A stretch of 64,000 nucleotides of DNA from a virus (lineage: Duplodnaviria; Heunggongvirae; Uroviricota; Caudoviricetes). The stretch lies in the IMG/VR virus record IMGVR_UViG_3300029288_007068; one strand, given 5' to 3'. Shown one piece after another: positions 62,008 through 64,000 of this stretch (position 1 is the first letter of the stretch; each line of letters opens with the position of its first letter). The position numbers were made by a program, and so were the translations under genes. Below the pieces are notes generated by a model, which saw only the letters and a program-made list of their open reading frames with translations, had not been told where the DNA came from and made no database searches.

Positions 62008-64000
62008 TTACCCACCTAATCCTTCAAACCAAACCCAACGAGCAAGTGTGGTTGAATAAATTCCAAGGTCACCCGTGGTGTCATTGAAATAGGAATACCC
62101 AGCGTTTGTTCCTCCACGGTCAACTGTATCGAAGAAGGTATAATATCCATAGTTATTATGGATGGATGTATTGGTATACATTGCTGTAATGGTATTTGCC
62201 GTGTTCCCATCAACCATATTGTTAGAAATAAAATTACTACCACAATTATCATCCTCTCGTATTGGTTGTACGGAACAACTGGTAACTGTATTTGAAGATA
62301 TCGTACTACTATACAAGTTTTGAAAGAACATTCCCGTGGTTGCTCGCATAATTGTGTTACCAACAAATGTGTTATACCTAAGAGGAGAAATGGCAGTTGT
62401 CACTATTCCATATGCATTAGTTCCTTGAATATGGTTATTATTAACTGAACAGTAACTTGCATCTATCAGTATACCATAATCGACTCCCATGATGTTGTTG
62501 CCCGAAATAGTCATGTTATTGTAATGATTATGAATACCGTAAACATCATCACCATTTGATGCATTACCGATGATGTTATTAGAAACTATACCACCACGGT
62601 TTCCTCTTTTCAATGCGGAACCAGCTTGTCTTAAGTAAATGGCGGTATTTCCCATTCCATAAATCTTGTTTCCAACTATAATTGGACTTTGGTCTACAGT
62701 AGCCGCATCAGAAGAATATACATAAATTCCATAATCTCTTGTATTAGTTATCTTATTATTTAAAATTGAAGCGTTAGCAGTATCTACTCGGATTCCAATG
62801 TATGCTGACTTATTGACAACACAATTTCTAACTATGTTTTCCCCAGCAATTCTAAATCCATATCCACCGTATGCGCCGCTTTCGTTGCCACATCTAAAGA
62901 CTGAACAAGAATCGAAAATGATGTTTTTCGCTTTTGCGGTTGCACCAAACCCTGTACATCCAGTTACAGCTGTATCGTTATATACTCTCCATCTGGTGGC
63001 ACTGATGACATGACAATCAACCACAAGAGTATTGTATGCGGCTTCTGTCCATATTCCACCACCACAATCTTCTATAATGCAGTGGCTGATGATGCCATCG
63101 CGTGGTATATAATTGTTAATCCCATGGAATTCAAATACTATTCCCCAACTGTGTATGTTCTTCATGTGACAATTATCCACAGTGAAATTAGTTGTGGAAC
63201 CAAGCCATATTCCCATAATCTCCCAAGTCTCATGGGTAAGTTGGTTGGACGTTTTGAACGCCATGAAGTTTGGACCAATATCTTCAAAATGACAATTTGT
63301 GATTCTTATGTGGTGGCTATTTCGCCAATAGATACCAGCTCCATTCGAGTTTTTGATTGTTACATGGTCTATTTCAGAATTGTTTACATAGACGAAGTTG
63401 ATGACGTGTCTGATTAGAGGACCATTCGCAGTTGTGTGATACATGGTTTGATGCATTGCATTGCCATTCAGAGTTAAATCAGAAATTCTTATGTTGTGTG
63501 CTTCATCGTAAACAAGTGGTGCAACGGTTCCAGAAACACCCCATCCATAGTTTCTAATCATTTGGATGTCAGCGCTGTCAGCAAGATATAAGACTGAGGC
63601 GTTGCCAGCTCCACGGAGCCACACACCGCTTGGGATACGTATAATTGTTGTGATGCTTATGTTACATTGTGGTAATTGAACCCATCCGCCGGCAGTAGCG
63701 TTCAAATCCCAGATTGCGGATTGAAGACCAGCGTTGGTAACAGGATAGTTGTATCCAAGGCTGTTATAGATGACGGTTGCGTTATTACCACCACCACCAC
63801 CAGCACCGGCTGGACCAGCGATGCCGCGACCAGACGAAATGTTCCAGACCATTTGATGTAGTTCCTGGGAATAAATTCCAAGCTTACCGGTTGTTTCGTT
63901 AAACCAAGCATATCCACCAACTGGATACATTGTCTCCGTTGTATCGAAGAAAGAATAGTTTCCAACATTGTCTTTGATTGAACAGTTGATTGGACTGAGG
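62008..64000 (-). CDS. Right-handed parallel beta-helix (pectate-lyase-fold-like) fibre / spike protein, 5'-truncated by the window edge
   Basis: Asn/Gly-rich repeats (NNxI, GNxI) typical of beta-helix tailspikes. The reading frame stays open upstream of the annotated Met at 63930 to the window end. Repeated terminal module FFDT...FNETTGKLGIYS at both ends. Many NxS/T sequons. Confidence 0.55.
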   Translation of the reverse strand, partial: LSPINCSIKDNVGNYSFFDTTETMYPVGGYAWFNETTGKLGIYSQELHQMVWNISSGRGIAGPAGAGGGGGNNATVIYNSLGYNYPVTNAGLQSAIWDLNATAGGWVQLPQCNISITTIIRIPSGVWLRGAGNASVLYLADSADIQMIRNYGWGVSGTVAPLVYDEAHNIRISDLTLNGNAMHQTMYHTTANGPLIRHVINFVYVNNSEIDHVTIKNSNGAGIYWRNSHHIRITNCHFEDIGPNFMAFKTSNQLTHETWEIMGIWLGSTTNFTVDNCHMKNIHSWGIVFEFHGINNYIPRDGIISHCIIEDCGGGIWTEAAYNTLVVDCHVISATRWRVYNDTAVTGCTGFGATAKAKNIIFDSCSVFRCGNESGAYGGYGFRIAGENIVRNCVVNKSAYIGIRVDTANASILNNKITNTRDYGIYVYSSDAATVDQSPIIVGNKIYGMGNTAIYLRQAGSALKRGNRGGIVSNNIIGNASNGDDVYGIHNHYNNMTISGNNIMGVDYGILIDASYCSVNNNHIQGTNAYGIVTTAISPLRYNTFVGNTIMRATTGMFFQNLYSSTISSNTVTSCSVQPIREDDNCGSNFISNNMVDGNTANTITAMYTNTSIHNNYGYYTFFDTVDRGGTNAGYSYFNDTTGDLGIYSTTLARWVWFEGLGG

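Noticed and set aside
57-63417. All plus-strand ORFs in the six-frame track (for example 529..732, 1343..1735, 3719..3910, 9581..9763, 16371..16793, 17798..18145, 26285..26593, 34408..34725, 47268..47546, 52922..53476, 57266..57661, 63010..63417)
   Set aside because: Each lies entirely inside or heavily overlaps a minus-strand gene that has recognisable motifs or an SD and promoter context. They lack SD sequences, and several have low-complexity composition. They are treated as antisense artefacts of an AT-rich sequence.
63702-63968. 88-aa minus-strand ORF at the window edge
   Set aside because: It overlaps, in another frame, the beta-helix fibre gene, whose own reading frame demonstrably continues upstream of the annotated Met to the window edge. 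The fibre gene is the real one.

Overview
The window reads as a contiguous piece of a large double-stranded DNA virus, probably tailed, with no cellular housekeeping genes. It is AT-rich and extremely gene-dense. Every convincing gene lies on the minus strand; all plus-strand ORFs in the track overlap minus-strand genes and look spurious. Start codons are preceded by strong Shine-Dalgarno sites (AGGAG, or the extended GGAGGTGA). The gene content is mosaic. Archaeal-type signatures are an AglB/STT3-family oligosaccharyltransferase with a DPYxNxR loop and the WWDYG motif, an Hjc-type Holliday-junction resolvase, and an AEP primase. Bacteriophage-type signatures are a T5/T4-like 5'-3' exonuclease, two YopX paralogues and a RelE/ParE toxin. 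The host domain cannot be settled from this window, though an AT-rich archaeon that uses Shine-Dalgarno sites would fit the mix. Modules recognised from motifs, in window order: (1) replication and recombination (AEP primase-polymerase, possible sliding clamp, Sak4-like RecA-family ATPase, putative SSB, SF2 DEAH helicase, 5'-3' exonuclease, Hjc resolvase, small tyrosine recombinase); (2) a complete 7-deazaguanine DNA-modification pathway split over three loci (TGT/DpdA-like transglycosylase, FolE, QueE, a HAD-QueC fusion, QueD); (3) an unusual virus-encoded N-glycosylation system: an operon of small membrane protein, AglB/STT3-type OST and SAM methyltransferase, plus a separate GT2 / TylF-like methyltransferase / radical-SAM-SPASM cluster, together with sequon-rich beta-helix and collagen-like fibre proteins as likely substrates; (4) an NfeD-like / SPFH (stomatin-prohibitin) membrane module; (5) a dense array of very small genes, many of them zinc-ribbon proteins, each preceded by the same ~35-nt leader cassette; (6) phospho-signalling enzymes (a dual-specificity phosphatase, an HD hydrolase, two metallophosphoesterases); (7) a RelE/ParE toxin-antitoxin pair; (8) a tRNA-like 3' fragment that could be an attachment-site remnant. 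A rigidly conserved bipartite promoter-like motif (AACTATTAA, 14 nt, TTATATA, read on the minus strand) occurs at least 17 times. No rRNA genes, CRISPR arrays or transposases were seen.
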